From: Takakia lepidozioides
Lineage: Eukaryota > Plantae > Bryophyta
Reading direction: 5' to 3'
DNA length: 64,000 nucleotides
Assembly: GCA_030704615.1 (NCBI GenBank)
Contig: CM060733.1
Location: 55,056,001-55,120,000 of the forward strand
The notes beneath the pieces were generated by a model. The model was not told the DNA's origin. It saw nothing but the letters and a program-made list of their open reading frames with translations, and searched no databases. The position numbers and the translations under genes were made by a program. Positions 37,600 to 51,056 of the stretch are shown piece after piece; positions within the stretch are counted from its first letter, which is position 1, and the number at the start of each line of letters is the position of its first letter.

Positions 37600-37835
37600 A
37601 TGTTTCACCTTTGCCAGTCAATTCTGACCGTGGGTAGCTTCAGAGCACAACTGTTTCGAACATGAGACAAGACCTGACTTTCTTTGATTCTAGGGCTTTG
37701 TTCGTCATCTGCTTTGTTTGGGTCTCTTCTTGTGGAAGAATGCAGTAGAAAGAACTGTTCCTCTATTCCAAGACAGCCCTGATGAACAGGCCCCTCCTCA
37801 CAAAGGGTGACAATGCGCCCATTAGTTCTTCTGAG
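37600..37835 (-). pseudogene. Exon-like fragment homologous to 270-415
   Basis: RTNGRIVTLCEEGPVHQGCLGIEEQFF..RRDP; nucleotide similarity to 270-415. Confidence 0.55.
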
Positions 37836-37839
37836 ATTA

Positions 37840-38068
37840 CTGAAGCTGTAGAACATCTAAAGGGCTATAAAGCGTGGGCCTGATAACATTGTCAAGAAGC
37901 TAATCAAACATGGTGGCATCCTGTTGTAGAGGCCCTTGCCCTTCTCTTTAACCTTATTTGGAGGACTGAAGTGATTCCCTTTCATTGGAGAGAGGTTGTC
38001 ATTGTGAACTTGCATAAGAAAGGTGACAGAGAAGAGCCTGGAAACTATCGCGGCAGCACGCTTCACTG
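37840..38068 (+). mobile_element. LINE reverse transcriptase N-terminal fragment
   Basis: GPDNIVKKLIKHGG...IPFHWREVVIVNLHKKGDREEPGNYRGSTL. Confidence 0.85.
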
Positions 38069-39989
38069 CCATGTGGGTTGACAACTCGAAAATTTGAGCT
38101 TGCTACATTAAGCTGACCTGGAGGTTGCAGTGTCTAATGTCGTTTTTGGCTATTGTGAAGGAAACAGTTTCCTTCTTAAGATCGGCACTACCTATTGTCA
38201 ACACAACTTTAGCATCATATATGTCATGTCCATTCATGCTGATGGGGCTGATGGGTGCAAGGTTTCAGCAAATGTTCTCGGGAGCTGTAGTTTGTATTTG
38301 CAGAAGTAGGGTACAAGTATGATGTACGTGTTGACCTTCCCTTGGAGAGATTTTAGGCCCACAGTTTTCAAAGTGGCAGATGTGTTGAGGGGTGAAAATG
38401 GTAGCTATCTAGAATCTGTCTCCCTGTTTACCTCTCTCATTCAGATAAAGATAAGAGAGTATTGCAGCATGCTTTAGAACAGCTAAGGTGGTTGTTCAGG
38501 GCGAGTTCGGCTTACCACCCTTGAGTTGTTGATGTGATGAGTTCTGGCTGTGATGAGCTGGCTGCTCAGCTGCTCCCTGGTTTCTTTCACAGATCACTCC
38601 AAAATCTCCAGATTATAGACAAAAGCATGCACACAAGAGGGCTTGCACTGAAGTTGTTCCAGTAGGTAACAAGAGCGTGACTGACTCTCTCTCTCTCTCT
38701 CTCCCCCCCTCGCGGACGGCCTCTGTGAAGCCTGGAGATGTTATGGTATTTTCAGAGACTGCTCGTCCTTGGCAGAGGCATTCAGGTATGAAAACTAGAA
38801 ATACTAAGGCTGCCTACCTTCAACAAGCAGCTGTTTAGGCCTGGTATGTTAGTTCCTTCTTTGTTCCATAAAGACTTGGATGGATAGTAACAGGAAGATC
38901 CTAAAACATTGAGATCTGCTTAGAATTATGTCAGTTTCCTTGTTCCATCTTCAGGCAATATAAACTCCAACCTGAGACTCACATTCATTGAGTTTTGTTT
39001 ACTTGCGCAGCTCTTTGGGCAGGTGGGGCTGTCGCATTACCCACGTTGGGGATCTCATTTGTAGGCTGCTGCTCAAATCTGACATCGGTCTCACTGTGGC
39101 GTGTGACAGGCATCACTGATGTAGGTGTGGTGCATCTGGTATGGTGAATCTAACAGTCTTTGATGTTCTTACTTCGATGTTCTTACTCTGTTAGAATGGA
39201 GACAATCTGACTTGGCGGACTTAGGGTTGTGGAAGGAGAATTTCATTTTCAAACAGGGTGGAAGTTGGGTTTGGGCAGCAATCAGTTTTGTTGCTGGTTG
39301 CCAGTGTCTTTCCAGGCTGCCTGATTCTAGAATGAAAAACCATTGAGATGATTACAGGCCCTTTGGTTATCTCCATTCCAGAGGCCTATCTGTATGTATT
39401 AAGACTTGGCAGAGCAGTGAAGGTCTCTGAGCACTTGTGCGAAGAAAGGCCAGCTTCCAGTAGGTAGAAGTATGGTGAAAAGAGTAGAGGCGATTTTCAA
39501 GTACCTGAATCTAGGCAGGAAGAACTGACTGATGTGTTTTTGGACAAGTGCCTTAAACAATGCATGCTGTTCTGGCAATGCTTTTTTTGTTTTATTTCAG
39601 AAGAGACATTGAACTGCAATTTCAAGCCACTGTGGGTGGATGGGTTTTTCTGTGTGACGAACTGGTTTGTGCTTTGGTGATGGCTGGCAGCCATGTTTCG
39701 GGGTGAAAATGGTAGCAGTCTGTTATGTTTCAAACAATATGTGTCTCCCTTTCTACCTCTCTCAGATAAAGATAAGAGAATTTTGGTCACCTTAGAACAG
39801 CTAAGGTGGCGATTTACAAGTATCCATCATATTCATCAATATTCCCACATGAACTTTTCTGAACCTGTTCTGAGTCTGCAACAAGTGGAACAAGTGCAAT
39901 AAGTATCCCTTGGACACAAGATACAATACTTGAGCTTATTTTAATAGGTTGCTATCACTAACTGACCCAGCTGGGAAAAGGATCCTACG

Positions 39990-40590
39990 TTGATTTCTTG
40001 GTGGGATACGGAGGGAATTGTGAATCCGAAAAAAACTGCGGCCACGAAGTGAAGTAGGATCTGTGATATTGTTCAATTCGAAAGACGAGGATGATAATTG
40101 GATTCCCATGAAGGTGGAGAGTAACTCTTGGGTAGCATTGATGCCGGGTGGAAGAGGCAATCATGCTAAAGATTCATTGAAGCACGGCGGAACTTCTACA
40201 ACAGAGGGGGCGTACAAGGTGAAGGTGCTGAAGTTTCGTTTTGAAGGTGGATCCATAGTGGTATCCAAAATATGTGTTCAACATGCTTACATGCAACGGC
40301 AACTCAATTTGCCTCCAGATGCAACTTTCAGCAAAGGTGCTTGCAATTGTAAGATGTCTAAGATCCTCAAAAGTTTACACTTGAATTATGCACAATGGAA
40401 CATCAATATGATGAGGGTGGGGTTCTATTGCATACCTGTACCTTTCCACCTCTGAAGATTGGATTGATCTGAAGAGTATAATGGACGTTTTGTATGTGGT
40501 GCACACCGAAGTAGGTGAGGCTTGCCGCGGAAATCGAACGAATCTGGCGGAGCCCTATGCAAGGTGTCCCGCTGCAGAAGAGTGATGACT
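39990..40590 (+). pseudogene. Putative BAH-like domain gene convergent with MULE copy 2
   Basis: WVALMP..YKVKVLKF..CVQHAY..ACN | intron 40349-40433 (acceptor reads CAT instead of CAG) | YLYLSTSEDWIDLKSIMDVLYVV resembles the BAH C-terminal motif ELFLS..D.I....I. Confidence 0.45.
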
Positions 40591-43015
40591 TCTCCGTAGC
40601 CTAGTGTGGCTTGGTGAATGAATTGGTCTCTCTTATCGTCGCAGCACATAATTATAAGGTATATGTAATATTGATGCTTGCAGGGGACCCACTTCCCTCT
40701 CATGCCGAGAGCGCCCTAACTCATTGTTACAAAATCCGAACAAGTGCACGTAGGGAAATTCCCCACAGTAACCTGATATTCTTTGCCATGAAGAACCGAG
40801 CCAGTAGACAACACTATGTAAATTCGTCCATATCCCGGGGCCGGGACTTCGGTGATACGAGTCACCCGAGCCTGCAAAATTCTAGCCGATTCCATCTTGC
40901 AATCGTGATCTGAACCCGAAGCGACACGGCGTGGGAGTCGGCACCGGGTGGAGGCATTGCCGAAGCATGTGGCACATCAGTGCCCAGAGTGCATGAGGGC
41001 ACCACCCAAGACCGTGCAAGACGGAACCTTCCCTCCTCCAGCATGCTTATCTCAGCTGATCATGACAACGACGTCCCAAGTTTCACAGGCCAAATTACGG
41101 GCGGATGGGGCTTATCACCGAAGGACAAACTGTTCCTTTGACGCATTGTGCCATATCGTCTGGGCAGAACCAAAACTTCCACTCCTTTGACTCCCCACTG
41201 TGATAAGGTCGGAACAACCTTGTGAATGTTGAAGCTGGAGTCCCCCTGGAGCCTTTGCATATTTTTTATTTGCACTTCTTGAAAGAGGGGGTCCAAATTG
41301 CCATGCAAGCCACTCTAGATCCAGGCGGGGTGCATTCTATATGCCACTCACTGTCAATGCAATCAGATTCATGCACCGAGGACACCACCTCCTCCTATGG
41401 GATTCCTACTGTTGTGCTTGCATGATTTGCACCTGCTCCACTGGAAGAGTACCCACATGGGAAAGGGCGGGCACATGACTTAGTCTGCACCGGAGACACG
41501 GCCTTTGGTACAGAGAAATTGACCCTGTCGAGGCGATGGGAATCTCCATCCGACCTTGGAGGAGTGTTCAATTTCCTTTTGCATGATCCAAATGTTTCCT
41601 CGCCTTCCAAATGGGGGACCCTGGATTGCAAAGGGGAGCCTTCAGTGCACTTGTTCAGAGCTCTCGTCATCTTCGATGGGTCTCTGGATCTGCTCGCAGC
41701 CCTTAGCATCAACAAAGTCTTATCAGGGCCCTTGCCTCCGCCCCATCCCATCAGAAAATTCTGGTATCTGGTTTGTTGTGTAAGTGCCCACACCATGTCA
41801 TCTGCAGTGGCAACATACAAGTCATGTCCTGCTTTGGTAGACTGCTACATCCAGGCGTTGTGAACAGTCTCCGGTGTGCCACCTGGTACATACGAGAGTG
41901 ACACACAGAAACACAGGACGGGGCAAGTTTGCAGAACCTGCACACAAAAGTATTGGTCTTGGGAGGGGCAAGCCCTGGTGTGAAAAGATTTAGGGCATCC
42001 CTTCCCACTCACTTTCGTTTGGTTTAGAGCTGTTTCTCAGGTGAGGGCAAGAAGTATTCAGGCACTTGCAATGTCCAACGCAAACCGACCTTCGAAATTT
42101 CAATCCAATGTCGTTGTGGATATTCGATGTTTTTGTCCTGCACCAAGGGTGTCCGTCATGTTTCTTGTCCATGCCCTACAGAAGCCCAGCAAGCCCAATG
42201 GAAGACGTGGGAGGGTTGAGCTCAAACAAAATGTCCCCATCAAACTCTGATGGCGCATATTGAATCCGCTGTTCCCGAAGGGACTCCCAAACAACAAAAC
42301 GCAGCTCGCTCTTGCACCCAGGCACCCCTGCAAGGGCTTTCAATTTCGGAATGACACTCGTTATCTCCTACAATTCGTCATCATCCGAGAATGGAGTCTG
42401 GACTGGCGGAGGAATCTCGGAAACATCCTCCGAAGACGAGTCTGAAAAAGTCACGAATGTAGTGGATATGCTCACCTCTTGTTTCAGATGCACTGTGCCC
42501 TTCTGCTGCACGACCGATGTTGTAGTGGCAGTGGTAACTATTGGTCCTGCTGATTGTCATCTCTCTTTTCCAAGGACCCGATATCTACCTAGGAGGACTC
42601 TCCACTTCCTCCCACACTCGTCAACCAACGGTTTCTGCAAGTGCCCAGAATCCAAATTCCCATCCTCGTCATATACCTCTTTTTGAACAAGCAGAGAACC
42701 CAGTTCTAGTGGGAATACTGTAACCAGCTCATCCTCATGAACAACTGCAAATCCATCGTCATCTGCAGTGGCAGTCAGTGAAAGACTACTTGCATTGGAA
42801 TGAAATCGAGCAAGTCTGTCTCCCTCCTTGGACATGTTTTCCTAGACTGAACCAAAGTTACAATTCACAAAGGATCCCCGAAGTGATAGCCCGTAATTTT
42901 CAAGAGGGGATCCACCTCAAATGAACTGAGGTGCACAAGGGTAGCACAGTCCCAATGACTGTAGGCAATGTACGCAACGGATTTTGGGGTTTACAATTTT
43001 GTGAAAGGATGACAT
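40480..43015 (-). mobile_element. MULE copy 2, DDE core deleted
   Basis: DGHPWCRTKTSNI..CVGHCKCLN..CRFCK joined directly to AETVHN..YVATADD..HLEGEETFGSCKRKL; SWIM PCKHQYY. Homologous to copies 1 and 3. Confidence 0.82.
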
Positions 43016-46000
43016 TGTCGCGCGGCTTTTACTCACCCATCCCTTCGCTATTCGAGGCGGAAACTCCAAGATAGAAGAGTTGGAAATCTCTAAGTACTCA
43101 GCCCGCGCAGAACAATCAGTCATGACCTACAGCTAGTGTATCATGGGGATGTTTCCTATTTGTTTCCCTTTTGGTATTCATGTTAGCTATCTTACCATTG
43201 ATAATTAAGTATCAGTTTGCTTTATCAATCTATTGGATTCCATCAGCTCATCCATTCATTTCACAGCTTCACTCAGATCTCTCTACACAGTGTGATTGTA
43301 TCGTAAAAAAATCTGATTATGATTTATCAAGTATCAGGCCGAAGCCATTGTGTCTCTAATCTGCTCTACAATATCATTACAGCCTTGCATATATCAAGCA
43401 TCTACTCATCATCTCTCTATCTTCACTTCCGTTCTTCATCTCTGCCCGATCCCCTCTCCTTCATGACCAAGAAGTCCTTCTCCGAATGATCTCCCTCAAT
43501 TCACCGTTTCTTCCCTTTATCTTCATATCCGTGGTTCTAACCGTTTCCCTCACTAACCGTCGTCTGTGAACTAACATGTTCCCCACAGTCGTTCCCTATC
43601 CTGCTCTCCGTTCCCTATGATCGTGACAGCTGTGTCAAGCTGTGACTGGCTGTGTGAAATTGTGACGGGCTGTGACTGGCTGTGCGACTGTGTTTGGCTG
43701 TGTCGGGCTGTGACTGGCTGTGTGGCTGTGTTGGCTGTGTCGGGCTGTGTCGGCTGTGACGACTGTGACGGGCTGTGTCGGCTGTGTCTGCTGTGACGAC
43801 TGTAACGGGCTGTGTTGGCTGTGTCGGTTGTGATGACTGTGACGGGCTGTGTTGGCTGTGTTGGCTGTGACTATTGTGACGGGCTGTGTAACCCCCCTCT
43901 ACAGTGCGCTGCTGTCACCCCTAAGGCTCCTGTTGGTCTCAGTGTTGGTCTCAGTCTGTGCAAAAATTAAGGGTACCCTACAGATCCCGTATAAGTGTCC
44001 TCACGGTTTACTGCTTTCGATTAGCAAAGCTTTGTGAGTGAGCACCTTTTTGACGTTGAGAGTTTCGTGGCGGACTGTGTGTACGAGCCCGAGGTCTGTC
44101 TCTGGTTGACGGAGATGGTTGATCACTACCTGGATAAGTGAGGCCCTCTGGAGGCTGATATCGAGGTAACCTTTCCGGCATAGGAGACCCCCGTCGCTTC
44201 TTCTCTGCCATCTGAACTGCATAGTCTTCTCCCATGTCAAAAGAATTTGGTGAAGAAACAGTTGTATCAGAATCCTCATCGCCTCTCAGGTGTTTTAATT
44301 TTCGAACTTTTTGTGGAATCATCTGGGGCATACAATGCTGTCCTACCATGTCTGAAAGTTTGTATTTTACAACTTGGTGTAACCGCTGAACAGCAAAATT
44401 GGTGTAGACACTGAGCTCATTGTCTGTCCAGGTGAGTGGGGTACCAATTACTGGTGCAGCGTGCAAGTATTTCCATGCCACATGTCCCTTATAGAAAATG
44501 TCATCAATGCCGAATTTTTGTGTTGACAAATGGTTCCAGGCCGCTTGAAACCATGAACGAATTTGAGAATCCTTTTGCATCATAACTTTTGGGTCATATA
44601 GGTACATATGAGGTGGCACCGAAGGTAATACCCAATGATCTCCACTGGAATAACTCAGAAAGCGTGTTTGCATCTTTTGTTGCTCAATGTGGTAACGTAC
44701 CAGAAAACAAGCAGCGTAGTATAACCCGCATCCCATGACAATACTTGCTACCTCCTTGGTCTTGGTATAAATGAGTCCATGTACAACCTGGAAAGCAATC
44801 AATTCCCTCAACATGGTACCTGCCTCGTGCCAGTATTGTGCAAAGTGATGATCTTCAATATGTCGATTGTTCGGAAGAACTTTAGTCCTAGTTGCCACTG
44901 GCAGCCAAATACGCATGATTTGGTAGTAATGTGCGAATGACTGCGGAGGACTAAATTCTTTCCAAGCCAAATCCAACATGATGGGAATTTGGTTGAAGGG
45001 CATAATCATAGCCCTACTGTACTCCCTTGCAACTGGAGTTTTAGGTGGGTTAAAAGCGGCATTGCCCCATACCTCCGGCTGTGGTGGCTGTGGTGTGGTT
45101 GTAGTAACCACAGGTTCAGCTACTGGTACAGTGACTTGTTGTGGTGGTGGTGGTACTGGCTCTTGTATCATTGGCATCTCCTGCACCTCTTGTGAAGACT
45201 GAAAAGCCAAAGTTCTGGCTTGTAAATAAGAAGCCATTAGCTGTTCCTGAGGGATATAGACTCTTTTGTCGATGTTTGAAGTGAGGTCTTCCACTTGAGT
45301 CTGTAGTCCGTCTACATCCTCTTGTAACTCTGCTATCCTACTATAGACATTATCTATAGTAGTTGTGGCAATGTTCTGCACCTGCAGCCTGAGCTCATTC
45401 ATCTCGCTTTGGGTGAGCTTTCGTGGTGCTTTGCCCTCTACTGGCCCTTGTGCTAACCAGACCTGCATAAGGCTGTTATCCACCAAGTTGCTTGTGGTTC
45501 CCCTGAGAGTTTGCTCCTCTCTTAGCTTGTACAATTCCAACTGCTGTTGTAAAGCCTCCATGCGCTTCGCCTGAGGTTCAACCAATTGCGCATAAGCAGC
45601 AAGTAGATTATTGGCTTCCTTCCAAGCCTTGTTATTGACGCGATTTCATTTCTATTGGCCATGATGGTTTGTTGCAACTCCACGATGTGCTTCTCTTGAT
45701 CAGCTTCAATCTGCCTGTATTGCTTGAAAGTATCTTCATTGCGACAGATTGTATTCTTCATATCGACAATGAGCTTCATTTGCTCAACATTCTCTTTTTC
45801 TGTCTTTGTACATTTTTCCGCTTGACTGTTTATTTCTTTTGTAGATTGGTCAAGCATAGTTGTAAATGTAGCACATTGTATCGCCATCCTGTCATGCACT
45901 GTCTGCAACTCCGTATGTAGTGCATTCACTTCTTGCAACTTGCTTTCATGCTGCACCTGCATTTGGTATAGCTGTTGCTTATGTGCTTCGTGCAACTGGT

Positions 46001-49000
46001 CTTGCGCGAGGCCTGCCTCAATCAATTGTTCCTTGGCCAATTGCAAAGCCATTTCTGTATTTCCCAAGTCCTGCTTCATCTTGAGAGTGACCTCTTCATC
46101 GACCTTGTTTGCACACTCAGTGGCTAGTCGAGCCTCAAACTCCTTCCTGAGTTCCTCTCTCAAGGATGTCAATTGGGTAATTGGAACATGGGATTTGACA
46201 TAAGTCCCCAACAAATTAAGTGTCATGCCTATGGAACTCATCAGCATTGCCTGTTGAGGGTCATCATGGTGAGGTTGCTGCTCTTCTTCCTGATCCTCAA
46301 CAGTGTGATGTCTCACTAACCATTCAGGCCATTGTCCCACCGGATTTTCTTCCTGAACTACTTCATCTATCACCGGTGCTACAGTGTCATGACCTTCCGC
46401 TGTGGTACCTCCGACACAGGTGTGTGTATTATATGCACCTCAGGATTTCCCTTGGGCAACTGTTGCACCTCTGGGATCTCTGTCTCCTTGACCAGACGAG
46501 AATATTCATAGAGAAGGTCCCCCTTCTCCATTTCTGCCACTATCTGTTCTGTAGTTGGAATATCTAACCCTTCTTTTTCCAAATCAATTATTTCTGGTTG
46601 AGCTGCATGGATAACTTGTGACCTTGTGACAAGTCGATCAGTTGGCTGTGGTGGTTGTGATACAGAAGTAACTTCCTCCTCCCTCTCTGAAGGTCCTGCT
46701 TCCAGTAATAGCATTTCTCTGTGCTGCTGTGCCCCTTCCTGACCATGAGCTTGGGAAACATTATCATGCGGAGTCCGTGAAGCCAGTGGATCCGCCACTA
46801 CAGTCTTTCCCCGTCTCTGCCTCTTAGTCTTGGGTTGCCCTGCTAGTCCACCCTCACTGTGTGAAGAGCCTTGCTCTTCCATTGCAGTTGTTTCCGGCTC
46901 AAACACTCCCATTTCCTTTCTTTCTTGCGCATCAAGTATGCCAGAATCAAGGATTATTTGAGCAATGATTGGGCCAGACACTATGATAGGAGACTTTGCG
47001 GTAGTACCTTGTAATCTTTTCATCTCCTCTACCAGTGCGTTGTACATAATGTCCGCCCATTGTACCTCTTGTCCCTTCAGGCCTTTGAGTATTTCCTCCG
47101 TGAAGGATCTGCTCAAATACTGTTGGTTCTGTTTCATGGCAATCAGAACGTTCAATACCTGGCCTACCTCTTTTAGCCCTGGGTACACAGCCTTGGTACA
47201 AGCATAACCCTGAGTTTTAAAGAAACTCCCTTCTTGGAATAAGTCCCCTATTTGCAGTCTTGCCCTGTGTTCCTCCACATGCACCTGACCTGCTGGCAAT
47301 CGAAACAATTGCTGGAGGTATAGGGGAGTAATCATTAATTCAACTCCCTTCACCGTTGTTGTTCCTGTCCTTGGCTCAAAGTTCTGCAAAAATTGTAACA
47401 TGTACTGTCTATGGTGTAGTGTCCAATCTAGGCTTTGCAATCCTTGCAATCTCAGCTCCTCCAGTATCTGTATCGCCTGTGGGGTAGCAATCGTTTGTTT
47501 CTGCAGAATTGTGGTGCTCTTCACCCTGATTTCCTCCATTCCTCTCACTCTCTTCATTTTAGACTCACAGAACTGTTTTGGCTGTAACAACTGCAGGAAT
47601 GCCTGTAGTGCACAAAGCATAAACGTATGGTTGCCGCAGAAAGCTATGGGTAATTTCTTGTAAGCCTGCGGGGCTTGCAAGCATCGCTCAAGAGAAAAGC
47701 TCCTCTCTGTCCTTTCGTGTCTATGCCACTGCGTAAGTAATATTGCGAGCGTATAGTCTGTTAGTTCCTCCATATTTTCCAAGCTATAGCATTGATGGTC
47801 TGTCCCGTCGAGACGCCCGTTACTCAGAACGACGCCGCCTCTTGCGCTCAATTTCCCTCCATTTTCTTGATCCTTTCTCTGGTTTTCTATTGGCTGTATC
47901 CGCTGTGACTGGATTTTAGATTTTATTTTCTTTAGTGGACTTTCCCTGTTGGATAGTCCACTAGGATCACACATGTGACAAGAATTCCGCTTTTCTGTAC
48001 TTGCCGTTCGTTCCGTTTCCCTTTTTCCGTATTCATTAATGGGCCCGCCTTTCATCCCTTTTGACGGCCGTTCTTGTCCTCTTTCTTTTTGACACCTGCT
48101 CTTGCACTTCCTTCTCGGCTGTGTGTCGCGCCCTGACCTCCACGTGTCTATTTTAAAGTAATTTCCGTTTTCTCTTCCGTCAGCCATTTTCCTGAAGTTA
48201 TTATGCGTCCACTTGTCACTGATTCTATGGATCGTGTAACTTTAGTAGGCTGTGTTGAGCTGTGACAGGCTGTGTCATACTGTGTTACGCTGTGATAGGC
48301 TGTGATGCACTGTGGTAAGCTGTGATAGGCTGTGACACGCCGTGGTAGGTTGTGATAGGCTGTGTTGCGCCGTGTTGGGCTGTGATAGGCTGTGTCACGT
48401 TGTGATGGGCTGTGATAGGTTGTGCTTTGCCTTGATGGGCTGTGATAGGCTGTGCTTTGCCTTGTTGGGCTGTGATAGGCTGTGTTTTGCCTTGTGGGCT
48501 GTGATAGGCTGTGTCACGTTTGTTTTGCCCTCCCTGGTCATATATGCTCGGCCTAGCGACAAGTGCTCCATACTCCGTTCGTAACATTGGTGCAGCCCGT
48601 GACTGCTCTTGCGGTTCAACATGCAAATCATGCTGCAAGGGTTTGTCATGGATACCACTGTACCCCTTCAACTTATTTGCATTGACTCTTCCCAGCATTT
48701 CTTTGTTAATGGTTTGTAACATGACGGTGTTGTTATCATACATCTTTTGTATGACATAAGGTCCTTTCCATGGTGATTTAAGCTTAGAAGCTTGAATCTT
48801 TCCTTTCTTCTGCAACCATAGAACCAAATCCCCCGTCTTAAAAGTCTTTAACTTGCCTTCATCAAACTGTTCCTTTCGTTTCATCTGAATTCTGGTCATA
48901 TTATCAGCTGCATCAGCACGTACTTCTTCCACATGGTATAATTCATGTTTCCTGACCTTGATGGAGTCTTGCAATTCCATTCTTTTTCCCCAGTCCGTTC

Positions 49001-50556
49001 TCATGGTAGGTAACAGGAATTCCACTGGAAGTAAGGCTTCCATACCATAAACTAATTGGAATGGTGTATACTTAGTGGTGACTTTATATGAAGTCCTGTA
49101 TGACCACAAAGCTGTCAGCAGCTTTGTATCCCAATCCGTTCTGTTTGCATTGACTATCTTAGCCAAGATAGTACATAGTATTTTGTTGGTAGCCTCTGCC
49201 TGCCCATTACCCTGTGGGTAATATGTTGTACTCTTTCTATGCACAATCATAAACTCTTTAGTCAACAACTCAATGGTCTCATTCATGAAGTGACTTCCTT
49301 GATCACTGATAAATTCTAAGGGACAGCCAAATCGTGTAAGTATGTTCTCGTACATGAACCTTGCTGTGGACTTGGCTGTATTGTCCCTCAAAGCTTTAGC
49401 TTCCACCCACTTTGTAGTATAATCAGTGGCTGTAATTATGTACCTGTTTCGTGTATTCTTGGATGGTGGGTTAATTGGTCCAACAAAGTCTAGTCCCCAT
49501 TTCTGAAATGGTTCCGTAGGCATTGTAGGATGCAAGGCCATCCTTCCAGATCTCTGCAAAGGTCCTAGCCTCTGACATTCATCACACTTCTGACAATACT
49601 CGTGTACATCTTTGAACAAAGTAGGCCACCGGTATCCTGCGAGTAGTATCTTTCTACTAGTAGTCTCTTCTCCAAAATGACCTCCAGCCACTCCTTTATG
49701 AACTTCCGCCAAAACTTTATTTACTTCATGGTGGTACAAGCATCGTTTTAGTACTCCATCAGGTCCTAACTTATACATTCTGCTTCCTACCATAGTATAA
49801 GGTAAAGCTTTGATAACGATTTTCTTCCTCTGCTCCTTACCATAACTAGGTGGGCACTGACCATGAGCAAGGTAGTATCTGATTGGCCACTGCCAATCTA
49901 ACCAGTCATCTGCACTTCCCTGCACCTCCACTGCAAAGAGACTCGCATATGGTAATTGATCATCTATTCATGTGGCTGGTTCTCCTGTTGACAATCGTGA
50001 CAAATGATCCGCCACAAGATGCAGTCTCCCAGGCTTGTAAACAACCTCGAACTCAAACTCGTGCAAGATTATCAACCATCTTGCTATTCTTCCGCTTATC
50101 AAAGGTTTGTTTACCAGGTATATCAGAGCCTGGTGATCCACATAGAACATAAACTTCTTGCCCAATAGGTAATGCCTGAATTTCTTCACTGCATAGATCA
50201 TTGCCAATGCTTCTCTTTCCGTTGTGCTATAGTTCCTCTCAGCACTGTTCATCAACCGGCTAGCATAGTACACAGGTGAATCTATATTCCCTGTAACATT
50301 TTGGGCTAACACCGCTCCCAATGCTTCTCCTGATGCATCGCAGTGAACATGGAATACTACATGCCAGTGAGGGTTAATCAGCACAGGTGTAGTTGTTACT
50401 GACAGTGTAAGTTCCTCAAATGCCTGTTGACATTCAGCTGTCCAGACAAACACTGCATCTTTCTTCAGTAGTTTGCTCAATGGTGCTGCTATTTGTGCAT
50501 ACCTTTTGACAAATCTCCTGTAATAACTGGTTTGCCCAAGGAATCTCCGTAGACTT
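43016..50556 (-). mobile_element. Gypsy family A copy 2: RNaseH-IN, full extra 3' ORF region, 3' LTR (runs into the gap)
   Basis: RH 49968-50556; IN 48285-49931 with KGPY; LTR 43016-about 43998, with the LTR start and PPT lost by a short deletion. Confidence 0.95.
44008..48187 (-). CDS. Family A extra 3' coding region (602+283+525 aa in abutting or overlapping frames): Athila-ORF/Transposase_32-like domain, coiled coil, unknown aromatic-rich domain
   Basis: QFLQNF..TVKGVELMITP..LFRLPAG..GQEVQWADIM..GPIIAQI; heptad-rich 45522-46200. Long stop-free frames on the same strand as pol. Confidence 0.75.
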
Positions 50557-51056
50557 NNNNNNNNNNNNNNNNNNNNNNNNNNNNNNNNNNNNNNNNNNNN
50601 NNNNNNNNNNNNNNNNNNNNNNNNNNNNNNNNNNNNNNNNNNNNNNNNNNNNNNNNNNNNNNNNNNNNNNNNNNNNNNNNNNNNNNNNNNNNNNNNNNNN
50701 NNNNNNNNNNNNNNNNNNNNNNNNNNNNNNNNNNNNNNNNNNNNNNNNNNNNNNNNNNNNNNNNNNNNNNNNNNNNNNNNNNNNNNNNNNNNNNNNNNNN
50801 NNNNNNNNNNNNNNNNNNNNNNNNNNNNNNNNNNNNNNNNNNNNNNNNNNNNNNNNNNNNNNNNNNNNNNNNNNNNNNNNNNNNNNNNNNNNNNNNNNNN
50901 NNNNNNNNNNNNNNNNNNNNNNNNNNNNNNNNNNNNNNNNNNNNNNNNNNNNNNNNNNNNNNNNNNNNNNNNNNNNNNNNNNNNNNNNNNNNNNNNNNNN
51001 NNNNNNNNNNNNNNNNNNNNNNNNNNNNNNNNNNNNNNNNNNNNNNNNNNNNNNNN
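50557..51056. other. Assembly gap (500 N)
   Basis: Run of exactly 500 N. Confidence 1.
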
